Source: Longimicrobiales bacterium (GTDB taxonomy: Bacteria > Gemmatimonadota > Gemmatimonadetes > Longimicrobiales > Gaopeijiaceae). Taken from it: a stretch of 64,000 bases of DNA. The notes under the pieces were generated by a model, which was not told where the DNA came from, ran no database searches, and saw nothing but the letters and a program-made list of their open reading frames with translations. The stretch is taken from assembly GCA_965219445.1 (NCBI GenBank), contig CBDCNQ010000005.1:448001-512000 (forward strand), in the 5' to 3' direction. Below, piece by piece: positions 18,840-30,029 of this stretch; within the stretch, counting starts at the first letter, position 1, and every line of letters begins with the position of its first letter. The translations under genes and the position numbers were made by a program.

Positions 18840-19843
18840 GGGTTCACCTCCTTGGTGTGTGGGTGCTGTTCTTGCGGGGCTTCGTCGGCCCCGCTCCAGA
18901 TCGGTTCGGCGATCCAGCGGCCCTTGGCCGCGTCGTAGCCGCGCACTTCGAGCGCCTCCTCGACGAAGCGCCTGCCCCGTTGCCGGGCCGTGTGCAGCAC
19001 AAGTGCGATCCCGTCCACGACGCCCCGGCAGGTGACCTCCCAGGGAAGCGCGCCTTCGGCCTGCATGGCGCAGCTCGCTAGGCGCGAGAGCGCGGAGCGG
19101 GCGTTGTTCGCGTGGATGGTGGTCAGCGAGCCGCCGTGGCCGGTGTTGAGCGCCTGCAGCAGATCGGCGGCCTCGCCGCCCCTGACCTCGCCGACGACGA
19201 TGTGGTCGGGCCGGTGGCGCAGCGCGTGCCGCACCAGGTCGCGGACCCGTACGGAGGTCTCGGTGCCGACAGCTCCGGCCTCGAAGCGGAGGCAGTTGGC
19301 GCGCTCGATCCTGAGTTCGAGCGTGTCCTCGATGGCGACGATCCGCTCGTCTTCGGGCAGCAACTCGATCAGCGCGTTGAGGAGCGTCGTCTTGCCCGAG
19401 CCCGTGCCTCCGGAGACCAGGATGTTCCGCCGCGAAGTGAGAGTGTCGCGGGCGACGAGGAACACCTTTTCCGGCAGGGCCCCCTGGCCGACGAGGTCTT
19501 CGGCCGAGAACGCGCGGCCCCCGAACCGGCGTATGGTGAGGGCGACCTCGGGACTCGCGGGCGGCGTGCAGATGGCGACCCTGGAGCCGTCCTCGAGACG
19601 GGCATCGAGGATCGGTCTGGCGGCGGGATCGAGGCCGAGCGGCCGGGCGATGTGGATCGCGGCGCGGTGGAGCCAGGCGGCGGTGAGTGCCGGCGCCTCG
19701 TGGGGCTCGAGTCGGCCGCCTCGCTCGATCCAGACGTTGCCGGGTCCGTTGATCATGATCTCGGAGACCTCCGGGTGCTCAAGGAGCGTCTCCAGGCCCG
19801 GAAGGAACGGCTTCAGGTGGCCGATTCCGCTCGCGCGCTTCAT
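18836..19843 (-). CDS. virB11: VirB11/CpaF-family secretion ATPase
   Basis: Start ATG 19843 (ATGA overlap); EIMING, SGGTGSGKTT, IEDTLEL, RHRPDHIVVGEVRG, NTGHGGSLTTIHA. Confidence 0.92.
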   Translation of the reverse strand: MKRASGIGHLKPFLPGLETLLEHPEVSEIMINGPGNVWIERGGRLEPHEAPALTAAWLHRAAIHIARPLGLDPAARPILDARLEDGSRVAICTPPASPEVALTIRRFGGRAFSAEDLVGQGALPEKVFLVARDTLTSRRNILVSGGTGSGKTTLLNALIELLPEDERIVAIEDTLELRIERANCLRFEAGAVGTETSVRVRDLVRHALRHRPDHIVVGEVRGGEAADLLQALNTGHGGSLTTIHANNARSALSRLASCAMQAEGALPWEVTCRGVVDGIALVLHTARQRGRRFVEEALEVRGYDAAKGRWIAEPIWSGADEAPQEQHPHTKEVNP

Positions 19844-21123
19844 ATCCGTCCCTCCTCGCGGAGCCGCCAGTAGCCCACGTCCCTCGGCAGATAGTGGGGT
19901 TTCAGGTAGACGCGCCGGGCAGGGAGCGACTTCGTGCCGTCGTATGGCAGGCAGATCGCCTGATAGTTGGCGAGCAGGCTGAAGTCCCGGGGCGTGAACA
20001 CGGGCTCCCTCTGCTGCCGGAACGACTTGCTCGCGCCGATCGTGCCGCGGCCCCCTCCGGCTCGCCCGGACAAGAGCGAGAACTCGGGCCTGCCCGTGGT
20101 CTCGGTGAACGTGTAGGAGGGCTGCGTCTTCATGACGCTGCCGCACATCTCGGACGCGATCCGGGCCGACGACTCGTCGCTCAAGGACAGGAAGATCCGG
20201 GTGCGGAGCGTCTGGAGGAGCGTGCGCCAGGCCTCGCCTCCGGGCAGCACCGAGCGGAGCGAGGAGATCGACTGCGTGGCGACGATCGGGACGCAGCGGC
20301 ACTGCCGGGTGAGCGCGAACGCCTTCTCGTCGCCAGCGGGGTCGTCCTGGCCCACGGTCGCGAACGCCTGGTACTCGTCGCAGATGAACACGGCGGGCCG
20401 GAGGTAGCGGCCGGGCCGGCGGGCGGCCTCTGCGGGCCGCCGGAGCAGCGCCTGCATCCAGGCGTTCTTCAAGAGGACGCCGATGGCGCGGGCGAGCGCG
20501 GGGTTCGCGCCCGCGGGCATGTTGAGCGCGAGGACCTTGCCGCCCTCGATCAGCTCGCTGAGCGGCGGCAGCCGGCGGCGAAGGCCCGGCACGGGCCGGA
20601 CGGCCTCGGCGTCCTCGTCCGGTGCATCGTCACCTATATATATAGACTCATCCGGCTCGGGAGGCGGCGGGCAGAACACGCCGGCGACCTGCGGCTGGTC
20701 GAAGAGCGAGAGGAACACGCTGATGCCCTCGACGATCGACGTGCGGAGCTTGGCGTCGAGCGCCGTCCAGTCATGCAGATACCACCGCTCGATGGCCTCG
20801 ACCTGCTCACGGAACTCGCTCCCCGCTCCGCCCCCGCTCTCCTCCGTCGCGTATGCGACCTTGAGTTCCTTGAGCCGGTCCCGGAGTGCGGGGTCGAGCT
20901 GGCAAGCCGCCTTGTCCGTGCCGGGCACCGGCTCCCAGCCCCATTCCCCGAGGGGTTCCTTGTGAGCGGCGAGATCCTTGGTCGCGACGGTGGCCCGCAC
21001 CGGGCAGAGCCGGTCGGCCAGCTCGCGAGCCTCGCCGATCTTGCGGCCGAACAGTTCCGCATCCACCGTGCAGCGGTAGATGTCTTGGAGCGTGACCCAG
21101 CCCCCCGGCAAGAGCCGGTACAA
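19840..21123 (-). pseudogene. Type IV coupling protein (VirD4/TraD-like), 5'-truncated
   Basis: FICDEYQAF, PIVATQSISSL, ARIASEMCG; no Walker A; frame begins at a low-GC junction. Confidence 0.8.
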
Positions 21124-21260
21124 CCTATCTAAAAGGCTCGTAAGTCGTTGTGGGTATTACCTAATCGGTTTGAGCGTGTCTAACAGTGCCCCCAGAGTTG
21201 CCCCATGATGGTACACGCATCCAGCGGGTTCCGTCAGCGTCCACAGCGATCCAGCAATAG
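21124..21260. other. att-like junction truncating the T4CP gene
   Basis: Lower GC; CGTAAGTCGTTG similar to CGTAAGTGAC at 14784; TGCCCC and ATCCAGC repeats. Confidence 0.3.
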
Positions 21261-21315
21261 CGGAACCATCGTCATGGCCCTCGGATTGCCAGCAGCTCGG
21301 GGACGGGGATTGGGG

Positions 21316-21620
21316 TCATCTCCTCCTCCACACCACCGCATGCCGAGGTGTTACTTGCTCGGCGATCTCCGCTTCCTCTCGCAGGACTTCGCCCGGATGC
21401 GCCGGCCTCTTGCCGTTCTTCGCGTTCATGTCACGCTCCCCCCCTAGCGACAAGTCTACGATCTCGACATCGCGCGGCGCGTCGTCGGTCCAACGGAAGC
21501 AGCTACGCCGCTGCGCGTTGATCCGAAAGCTCCGGCTCGGCGCCCTCGCAGTGCTTCCAGCCGGTTGCCCGGCAGCGCCGCCAGATCGCCGAGCGCTGCC
21601 GCGCTGTCCGGCGTGGTCAG
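21316..21620 (-). pseudogene. HigB toxin (3' part, frameshifted) and HigA antitoxin (5' part) remnants
   Basis: DLAALPGNRLEALRG / RINAQRRSCFRWTDDAPRDVEIVD, then ATG 21429 MNAKNGKRPAHPGEVLREE. Confidence 0.8.
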
Positions 21621-21691
21621 GCCAGCCCGCTGCGTTGATCCGCCCCGCTCGCAGCGGCTCTCGGTGGCCTTCCCGCCAAGGGATCCATGGA

Positions 21692-21851
21692 CAGGGAGCG
21701 ACCCCTGAAGGCGGGGGCCGAGTTGTGAAAACACACTCGGCCCCGAGCCCGTACCAAGCCCTCGGCTTGGGGGGTCGCTCCCTGCCCCGGCCGATTCGGC
21801 CCGTGCGGCACCGGTCGACACGGTCGCGGAAGCGCAAGACGCGACCGCGTC
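21692..21851. other. Strongly structured non-coding element (three-way junction plus hairpins)
   Basis: 14-bp stem 21692-21705/21771-21784 enclosing hairpins 21714-21744 and 21754-21770; further hairpin 21817-21851. Confidence 0.6.
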
Positions 21852-22546
21852 AGCGGATAGGCGGAAAACCCCGTGTGAATCGCCGGGGGGCAAAAGTGTG
21901 AATCGACCTCCCACGTCGTTTTCACATTCCAGTCCGGTTATAAGACGGGTGCCGGTCATTGGTAACGTGCCTTGGAGAGGCGCTCCGTCTTCGAGGTGCT
22001 GCTGCCGGTTGATCGGCCCTCGGGCGGGCACTTGGTGCGCCACTTCGTTAGCACGACACCGCGCTTCGATGGCGGCCTGCTGGTCGTGCTACTCGCTGAT
22101 TGCCCGGTCATCCCCTTGTAGGATCGTGCGCATGACGCGGCGACCTCTTCGTAACCCCCGGCGTCGGGCTGGGTTGTGCCGGAAGCGTCTCCCCAGCCGT
22201 CGAGTATCGCCGATCATCGTTGCTGTCACTCTCCGACTCCTAGCGGCTATGGGCACCCGCATAGAGGAAGGAGAACCTGACGATGTGCTCTCCTCGCAGC
22301 CTATACCGGTCCTTGAATGCGGTCGCCCGCACCTGCTCGATGATTCCCGGAGTTTCCCTGTCAGATTGGATTATTGGGGAGCCTCTTCACGCGGTGTCAA
22401 CCATGGAGCGCGAGGGGATGCTCCCAGAAGGTCCAGCCACGTCCGGGCAGCGCACGGACATCGCCAAAGGGGTCCTTGAAGGCAGCTTAGGATTGATGTG
22501 GGAGGGCCGTCCTCTCGTGGATCGAAGCGGGAACCGTTCTCGCGAA

Positions 22547-24160
22547 TCAACCGCGACCAGAGCAGCCCGAACCGAACACGTCTTCCAGGAGTTCCTCGTA
22601 CACCATGTGAGTCGAGCGGAGCGCTGGCAGCAGGAACTGCGCCATGAACTGCTCCCGGTGGTTCCCGAGGTTCGGCAACCCCGTAGTGTTGCGAATCACC
22701 GTGAACAGCTGCCTCGATATATCCTTGATGTTCTTCGGTCCAGGCTGACCGTTCACCAACGACTCCCTGTTGCCCAGGACGCCGTTCACCACGGATTCCT
22801 CGCAGCCCTCCGTCCGGAGGAATGTGCGCAAGACCTCCGGATCGTAGAGATACTCCTCGATCTCCCGTCGACGCAGCACGCGAATCCCCTGCGCGATCTT
22901 ACTTGATCTCTCCTCGTCAGTCATGTCGTCCCTGTCGATCAACTTCTCCACGTCGATGCCGCTTGCGATGGCCTTCAGAATGGCGACAAGGTGCTCGGAC
23001 TGGATTACCTCACCGGATCCGCCTTGGGATATGAAGAGCGTGTCCGGAAACTCGTCGGCAAACAACCGGTTGTAGCACTGCGCGTCGAACGCCTCCACGT
23101 GTTTTTCCTTACTGCCTTCGCATATGACGACACGTTCCGGTGCCACCAGGGACGACAGGTCGTCAAGGGCGACCTCGTACATGTTCTCCCAGAACACCCT
23201 GTCGGGAGTGCTGGGCGCCATGGTGACCGGACCATCGAAGTCTCTGCCTGAAAAGTCCAGAAACACAACCTCCCTGGGTCGCTCTCGTAGCATCCGGTAA
23301 GCTTCCCTGACGATTCCGATCGAATGCGTCGCGACCCACAACTGCGACGGCTCCCGCAGCAGTTCGAGTATTGACGCAATCAGCGGTCCCTGAAGAGCCG
23401 TCGCCACATGCAGTTCCGGTTCGTCGATGCAGAAAACAGCCTCCTTGGCCTTGTCACGCTTCACGAACACGTCGAGGAGAACATCGAACGCCGCCTTCTC
23501 TCCACCGGAGAGATTCTTGTAGTGGAAGTCGGCGACGTTGCCCTTGGAGAACCGGAATGAGCCCCCTTGGATTCCGCCGAAGTCCTGCAGCAAGAGGTCC
23601 GGGTCCGAGAAAAGGCCGCGCATGGCCATCTGCAAGTCGCCTAAGGATTCCTTCCGGTACTCTCCGATCGTGACTTCCTCCGGAGCGTCCCGGTCCAGAT
23701 CCTGCAGCCTTTTCCATACCATCCGCTCATAGTTCTTCGAGACGGATTCGTCGCGATCGATGATCCGAGCGATGCGGGGCTCTGCGCCGTCCGGCTTCGT
23801 CGCTCGCAATTGCTCGATGCGGAAGTCCGCCTCGTTCCGGTACGCCGACCGCACCTGGAAGGCGGATTTCCAGTCCACGTCACCCTCACCGACGCCGTGG
23901 AACGCGATGCCGACCCGCCTCGCGACCTCATGGGTGCTCTGGGATTGCGACACCTTGTCGTAGTACTCCTCCGTGTTCCCGGAGAGGCGGAGGTTGCTGA
24001 CGGCCGCCCGGGCCTTCAGCAGGAACGAGTCGAAGACCGAAGACTTGCCGGTGCCGTTCGGCCCGACGAGTACGACGAGCCTCGCAGTTTCGGGCAGGTC
24101 GGCTATCGTGAGCTCGGTGAATCGCTTGTAATTCTCCAAGCGCACGCTCTCTATTCGCAT
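22547..24160 (-). CDS. OLD-family-like ABC ATPase + TOPRIM nuclease
   Basis: GPNGTGKS, LSGGEK, IDEPELH, ATHS; C-terminal VICEG...D, LIDRD, REIEEYL. Confidence 0.8.
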   Translation of the reverse strand: MRIESVRLENYKRFTELTIADLPETARLVVLVGPNGTGKSSVFDSFLLKARAAVSNLRLSGNTEEYYDKVSQSQSTHEVARRVGIAFHGVGEGDVDWKSAFQVRSAYRNEADFRIEQLRATKPDGAEPRIARIIDRDESVSKNYERMVWKRLQDLDRDAPEEVTIGEYRKESLGDLQMAMRGLFSDPDLLLQDFGGIQGGSFRFSKGNVADFHYKNLSGGEKAAFDVLLDVFVKRDKAKEAVFCIDEPELHVATALQGPLIASILELLREPSQLWVATHSIGIVREAYRMLRERPREVVFLDFSGRDFDGPVTMAPSTPDRVFWENMYEVALDDLSSLVAPERVVICEGSKEKHVEAFDAQCYNRLFADEFPDTLFISQGGSGEVIQSEHLVAILKAIASGIDVEKLIDRDDMTDEERSSKIAQGIRVLRRREIEEYLYDPEVLRTFLRTEGCEESVVNGVLGNRESLVNGQPGPKNIKDISRQLFTVIRNTTGLPNLGNHREQFMAQFLLPALRSTHMVYEELLEDVFGSGCSGRG

Positions 24161-24169
24161 CCGATCATC

Positions 24170-25351
24170 CTAGCTGATCAGGGACGCCCTATTCGCGTCA
24201 TAGGCATACCGGGTGATCGTGCCCTCCCTGATCTTCTCGACGGCTTGGTCGATCACGCTGAGGGGCACCAGGAACCATTCGCGCGGGGCGACAGGGTTGC
24301 CGAAGTGATCCTCGATCTCGATCTCAAGGCGCGCGGAGGCGAAGACGCGGTGGATCTGTTCCAGCTTGCTGCGATCGATGTTGTAGAGCCTGTAGGTGGC
24401 GACCTCCTCGACGTCGGCCATTAGGAAGGTTGGATCATGCCTCACGCCCGCGATGCGCTCCCGAACGTTGCCGCTGGTGACGCCGATCTTGTGGATCAGG
24501 TCGCGGTGCTCTGAAATGAACGGAAGATCGGACTTGCTCCGCAGTACGTAAATCGTGCCACTCGTCTCGTCGCCGTCGGCGGCTTGGTCGGCAAAGAGCG
24601 GGCCGGCGGTTGCCTCGGTGATCCGTCGACCCGCCTCGTCTTTGTGGAGCGCGCGCTGAAGCGAGCGCCTGAGCATGTTGTTCTCCGTGCCGTTGTCGAA
24701 GATCACGCGGAGCCCGGCATCTCTGTCGCCATACTCCTGTGTGAACACTTCCCCCATTTCTGCGACATAGGCTTTCTGACCGCCGACGATGAAGAACCGG
24801 CCAGGGGCGATCTCCTACTTTCGCTCGAAGGGCCGCGTTTCGCGAATACCAGCGTCGAGTTCTCGCTGAAGCTGATCGAAGAGGGGCCGGAAGGTCTCGA
24901 AGTCATCGTACGCCCGCTGGGTCGCGACTTCTTCTGCGGCCCGCTTCTCAGCGCTCGAGCGCACGTGGTGAAGTTCGGCGATACCCGGTGCCATGGCCTC
25001 GACGCCAAGCTCCGCCAACAATGCGTCGTCATCCATAGCGTCCGGAAGCGGCTTTGCCACTCCGGCGCCACCACTCAGCAACCCCTGCCGATCCAACGGC
25101 GTGAGGAGCGTCCGGCATTCGTCCTGCTCGAGGATCCGGTCCAACCGCACGGCATCGAGTCGTTCGAAGACATCGCGGTCCTCGCCCCGCTCGGGAGCGC
25201 GACCGTGCATATCCACAAACCGCTGGATCTCCTCGAAGTCCGCGATGATCCGTTCTTCACGGGCCGTGTGCCGGGAAACCTTTTCGGGTTCGACCTCGAC
25301 ACCGAGCTCGTCCAGCAGGGCAGCATCCTGCTCGGTGAACCCATTAGGCAC
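24170..25351 (-). pseudogene. YeeC-like GIY-YIG/T5orf172 protein with in-frame TAG at 24815-24817
   Basis: ORFs 24815-25351 and 24170-24757 share a frame (RPFERK*EIAPGRFFIV); GTIYVLRS, HKIGVT, PREWFLVP. Confidence 0.85.
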
Positions 25352-27370
25352 CGGTCGCCTCCGCCCTCATGCTGGCCAGAACGGCCACGCCTTCCGCCAT
25401 GCGCTTCTCCCAGGGATCGGGTGCGGTGATCGACGGCAGCCGGCCGCGTTCCTGCTTGAACCTCAAGGCCCGCCTCGCGAGGTCCCGGGCCTCGTCGGGT
25501 GTGATCCGGACCTTCTTCGCCGTGATCACGGCGGCCACCTGCCTCAGGCTCTCTTCGTTCATCGCCTTCGCAAGGATCGCGTAGGCCTCGCCGAACGGAT
25601 TGATGCGGTCGATCAGGTCGATGTCGAGATCGCGCACATCCATGACGAACCGCCGCACACCGTCGATCAGGGCCGTGTTCTCGCTACCCTCCTCTTCTTC
25701 GCCCTCGCCGTCCTCGCGCTCCTCCAAGGCGATCCGCTTCGCTTTCTGCGTCAGGTTCAGCGCGGTGACCGCGTGCTCGCGGACCGCTTCCTGGTCCCCT
25801 TCGTCGAGCTCGGGGAACTTCTCCTTGATGATCTTTCCCATCCGCACCTGGGTCAGCTCCTCGGGCAGAAGCTCCTCGTCGAAGAGCCCGCGTTCGACCG
25901 CGACTTTGTCCTGCATGAAGGCGGTGATCACCTCGGTCAGGTCTTCCTGGCAGATGCGTGTGGCCGCCTCGCTCTTCGGCTCCGCCAGCCCCTTGATCTC
26001 GACGGTGACCTCACCGGTCTGTTCGTTAACCCCCACGTTGCATCTACTCGGGTCGTAGCCCTCCTCGCCGTAGTCGAGCCCTTCTACCGGCCCGCTGGCC
26101 TCCGTCTTCGACGTGAAGTTGAAGCACGGAGCGAGCACCTGCTCCATGAGGAGGCTCGCCGCGATCGCCTTGAGCGTGTCGTTCACCGCCTCGGCGACGG
26201 CCTCCTCGGAGGCATCCGGCTCCGCGATGAGATTCGTGAAGCGAGCCCGGGCTTTCCCCGGGGCGTCGCGCGTGGCACGGCCGATGATCTGCACGATCTC
26301 GGTCAGGCTCGATCGGTAACCGACGGTCAACGCGTGATCGCACCAGATCCAGTCAAAGCCTTCCTTCGCCATTCCAAGGGCGATGATGATGTCCACATGG
26401 TCCCGGTCGTCCTTCTGCCGGGGATCCCTGAGTGCGGCGGCGACCCGGTCCCGCCGAGCGGGGTTGTCGTCGACGAGGTCGGCGATCCGGAGCACGCGCC
26501 CGCCGGCGGTCTCCACCAACTGAAAGCCGGTCTCGGGATCCGCCCCCTTCCACTCGCCCAGCTCCTCGATGATGTGCTCGACCTCCCGGATCTTGTCCTT
26601 CGTGCTCTCCCGTGAGTTGACGCTCGGGATGTGGACGATCGTCTTCTCGCTCGGGTCCAAGACCTTCAGGATGTCGTCCGCATAGCTCCCGGTGTAGAAG
26701 AAGTAGCCGATGTCGAGGCGCTTCAGATGCTCGTAGCCGTTCAGTTGCTCGTAGTACGTGTAGGTGACGGTCTGGAACCGCTCCTCGTCCTCGGGCATCA
26801 GCACGGGCTCGGCGTCGCCCCGGAAGTAGGAGCCCGTCATCGCCACGATGTGGGCCTTGTCCCGTGCCATGAGTTGGCCAACGTGCACTCCGAGCCTGTT
26901 GTCCGGATTGGCGGAGGCGTGATGGAACTCGTCCACCGCGACGAGCCGGTCGTCGAAGGCCCCCACCCCGCACTAGTCCACGGCAAATCTGAAGGTCGCG
27001 TGCGTGCAAACGAGTACCCGGTCGTTGCTACCCAAGAACGCCTTCAGCGCCTTGACCTTGCCGCCGTCCGTTCCGGGCGCGCTGCAAAGGTTCCACTTCG
27101 GCCGGACGGTCCAGTCGGCCCAGAAGCCGAAGCGGCTGAGCGGCACGTCCGCGAAGCTCGCGCCGATGGTTTTCTCGGGGACGACGATGACCGCCTGGCG
27201 CACGCCCTGGTTCGCGAGCTTGTCGAGCGCGATGAACATGAGCGCCCGGCTCTTCCCCGAGGCCGGCGGCGATTTGATCAGAAGATATTGCTCCCCGCGC
27301 TTCTCCCAGGCCCGCTCCTGCATCGGGCGCATCCCGAGTTCATTGGACCGGATGGTGCGTCCCGTCCGTG
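25344..27370 (-). pseudogene. YeeB-like SF2 helicase with in-frame TAG at 26973-26975 and deleted start
   Basis: SPPASGKS, DEFHH, AMTGS, EGFDW, QIIGRATR; FAVD*CGVGAF read in one frame. Confidence 0.85.
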
Positions 27371-27639
27371 TCGTCGATGCGATAGATCAGAAGGAAGTCG
27401 CCACCGACGTGGCATTCCCGGTAGTGCGCCCATGAGCCTTTGAGCGCGTGATCCCTCCGTTCGGGACCGAGCGGGGCCTCGTTGGCAATGAGAAGGAGCA
27501 TGACCGCCTTCAGCCGATTCATATCGTATCGGCCGGAACGCGAGAGCTGCTCCCAGTCCTTGAGGAATTGCCGGGCGTAGTCGACCCGGCGCGGGAGGTT
27601 GGCCCGTTTACTGGCCGCTGGCTTCTTCAAGCTCCGCAA
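27340..27639 (-). pseudogene. yafQ: YafQ-family toxin, C-terminus lost by deletion into yeeB
   Basis: FLKDW...DHALKGSWAHYRECHVGGDFLLIYR; tail DNA reads as yeeB in another frame. Confidence 0.75.
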
Positions 27640-27889
27640 ACATCTCGTCCGCGTTGGCGAATCGCGCGGTGCGCGTCTTCACCATCTCGTCGATCTCGGC
27701 CATGGCCCTACGGGTTTGCGCGTTCGGTACCTTGAGTTCGAGCGGGAATGCCTGATCGACGGCGATGCGATGGAACAGCAGCCGCACGGCCTCCGAGGCC
27801 GTCAGCCCCATCGCCGCGAGCGCCGCCGTCGCCTTCCGCTTCATCTCGCTGTCCATCCGGACGTGCAGCATCGAGCTCTGTGTCTTCAT
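27608..27889 (-). CDS. dinJ: RelB/DinJ-family antitoxin
   Basis: AGGAGG RBS; LHVRMDSEMK...MGLTASEAVRLL...PLELKVPNAQTRRAM. Confidence 0.9.
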   Translation of the reverse strand: MKTQSSMLHVRMDSEMKRKATAALAAMGLTASEAVRLLFHRIAVDQAFPLELKVPNAQTRRAMAEIDEMVKTRTARFANADEMFAELEEASGQ

Positions 27890-27958
27890 CCGAGCCTCCT
27901 GTATCGCATTTGCGACATAAGCTGTCATCCCAGCGCGACCCAGTCAAACCCGATGCCG

Positions 27959-30029
27959 TCAGGGAATGGTCCTGGCCTCTGCCATCTTCGTATACAGCTC
28001 GAACAGCTTCTCCAACCGCTCCGTATCGTTCCGGAAGCGCCGGCCGATGTAGATGCGCTCAAGCACCTCGTCGTTCCGGTGATGGGCGGCATGGAGATTC
28101 GCCGGCATGCGGTCAGAAGCGTAGAGATCGGCGATCGTGGCCGGGAAGTGCGCCTCCCTCGCGAGAAGGATGCGTTCGGCGGAGGCGGTCAGGTCCGCCC
28201 TGTTCTTCTCGGTGAGCATCGGCACAGGGAAGGTGTTCCAGCCGAGGGTGTTCGAGTAGCGGAAGTCGGTCTTAAGCTTGCCGCACACCGTGCCGATCCA
28301 GACCAAATGCAGGCGCGAGGCGATCAGTGCCAAGTGCCACAGCGGAGCGTCGTAGAGGGCGAAGGCCTCACTAGAGACGATCGTTCCGGGTGGCATGTAA
28401 CCGACGGGGAGGTAGTCTCGACGCTCCGACGAGACGCGGGGAACGATGATGGCGGTCTCGGATCCTGATTGACGAACCTCACCGAATCGATGCGGCGTGT
28501 CAGCGAGCTGCTTCGTAGTGCTGCGCTTGGAAGCTGCCCGCTGTGCACGAACGGCCTCGAACCGAGCAGCGAGCCATTCGTTTTCCGTGGCTGTGGGACA
28601 GTCTTGATCTGTCACCCAGACGCATCGTCGTTCCGTGCCACGGATGAACTCCTTCGAGCCCACGAACGGCCGAATGAAGCGAGGATCCACACGGTGACGT
28701 TCAATCGCATCCTCTGCATCGGCACGATCTAACAAGAGGTGGCCGCCCTCATTCGGCATGCTGCCAAAGCTCATTTCGTGCAGATTGGCCATCGGCTCGC
28801 TACGAGGCCGCACCAAGGTATCTGGGCCACTGACCAGATAGGGATTGATGTTTCCCGTTTCGCGAACTGTAGCCTCGCCCTCGGTCCCGATGGAGTACAG
28901 CCGACGAACGGGACCCGGACGGTTGGATACTCCAACAATCGCCACCGTCACGCCGGCGTTGTGACTCGCGAGATTAGCCCACTTGAAACTCGTATGCGCG
29001 AAGGCAATCTTGTGGCCGGTCTGGAGAATGAGCGACCAGAGCGTTGCGACCTGGCGCCCTTGGCAGATCGAATTCGTAGACACGAAGGCCGAAGCTGCTG
29101 GCGTACGAACACCGTAGTCGGCCGCCTTCATGAACCAGCCGGCAACGTAGTCGAGCGACTTCCACTTCGTCGTCTTGCCTTCGAAGACGCTCTTGAGGTC
29201 GGCCTTCTGCTCCGCAGTCTGCCATTGGCTACCGCGATACGGCGGATTCCCACAGATGTAGGTCTCCCCGCCCTCGTTCTCGAAATCGATCTCGGGTTGA
29301 TCCAGTGGCGTGTGGAACAGATCATCTGAAACGTGCTTCACCCCGGTCCCCGTCGGTGGACAGACCCTGCTCCAATCCAGCCGCAGGGCATCCGCACAGG
29401 TGATCCAGTTCTCCTTGTCGAGCGGCAGAACCACGGCTACCGCCTCCTTCTGCCCGAGACAGAGTACGTCGCACTGATACTCGGCGATTATGAGCGCGAG
29501 ACGCGCGACTTCGGCCGGAAAATCCCTGAGCTCGATCCCGCGAAAGTTGGTGAGCGGAATGTCGGACCGGCGCCCGCTCTCCTGCCGGCGCCTGTTGATC
29601 TCCGCCTCGATCGCCCGCATCTCCTTGTAGGCGATGACAAGGAAGTTGCCCGAACCGCACGCCGGGTCGAACACCCGGATCCGAGCTATGCGGTTGCGTA
29701 GATTCAGGAGCTTGCGGTTGTTGTCGCCAGCCTCCTCGAGTTGCTCGCGCAGATCATCGAGGAAGAGCGGGTTGAGGACCTTGAGGATGTTCGGCACGCT
29801 GGTGTAGTGCATCCCCAAGGCGCCTCGTTCCTCGTCATCGGCGACCGCCTGGATCATGGATCCGAAGATGTCCGGGTTGATCTTCTTCCAGTCGAGATTG
29901 CCGATGTGGAGAAGGTAGGATCGCGCGATCCGGCTGAACCGCGGTACCTCCGTAGAGTCCGAGAAGAGTCCACCGTTGACGTATGGGAACACCTCGGCCC
30001 AGCGGGAGAGGTTTGCCGTCTCGCGTTCC
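27959..30029 (-). pseudogene. YeeA/MmeI-like restriction-modification methyltransferase, N-terminus removed at IS256
   Basis: FPYVNGGLF, GMHYTS, FDPACGSGNF, GNPPY, FVSTNSICQG, C-terminal TRD; frame runs into the IS end at 30030. Confidence 0.9.

Noticed and set aside
16376..20302. Long N-terminal extensions of ORFs 15929-17458 and 18836-20302
   Set aside because: They overlap real genes in other frames; ATGA-coupled starts at 16375 and 19843 fit better
21692..21784. Hammerhead ribozyme
   Set aside because: The junction has CUGAAGG but lacks the CUGANGA, GAAA and UH core
21898..22546. ORFs between higBA and the OLD gene
   Set aside because: No recognisable motifs or convincing RBS
24170..27370. 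Genome-wide TAG reassignment or pyrrolysine use
   Set aside because: TAG terminates apparently intact genes here (e.g. 4790, 9287, 32982, 47528) and no pyl genes are visible
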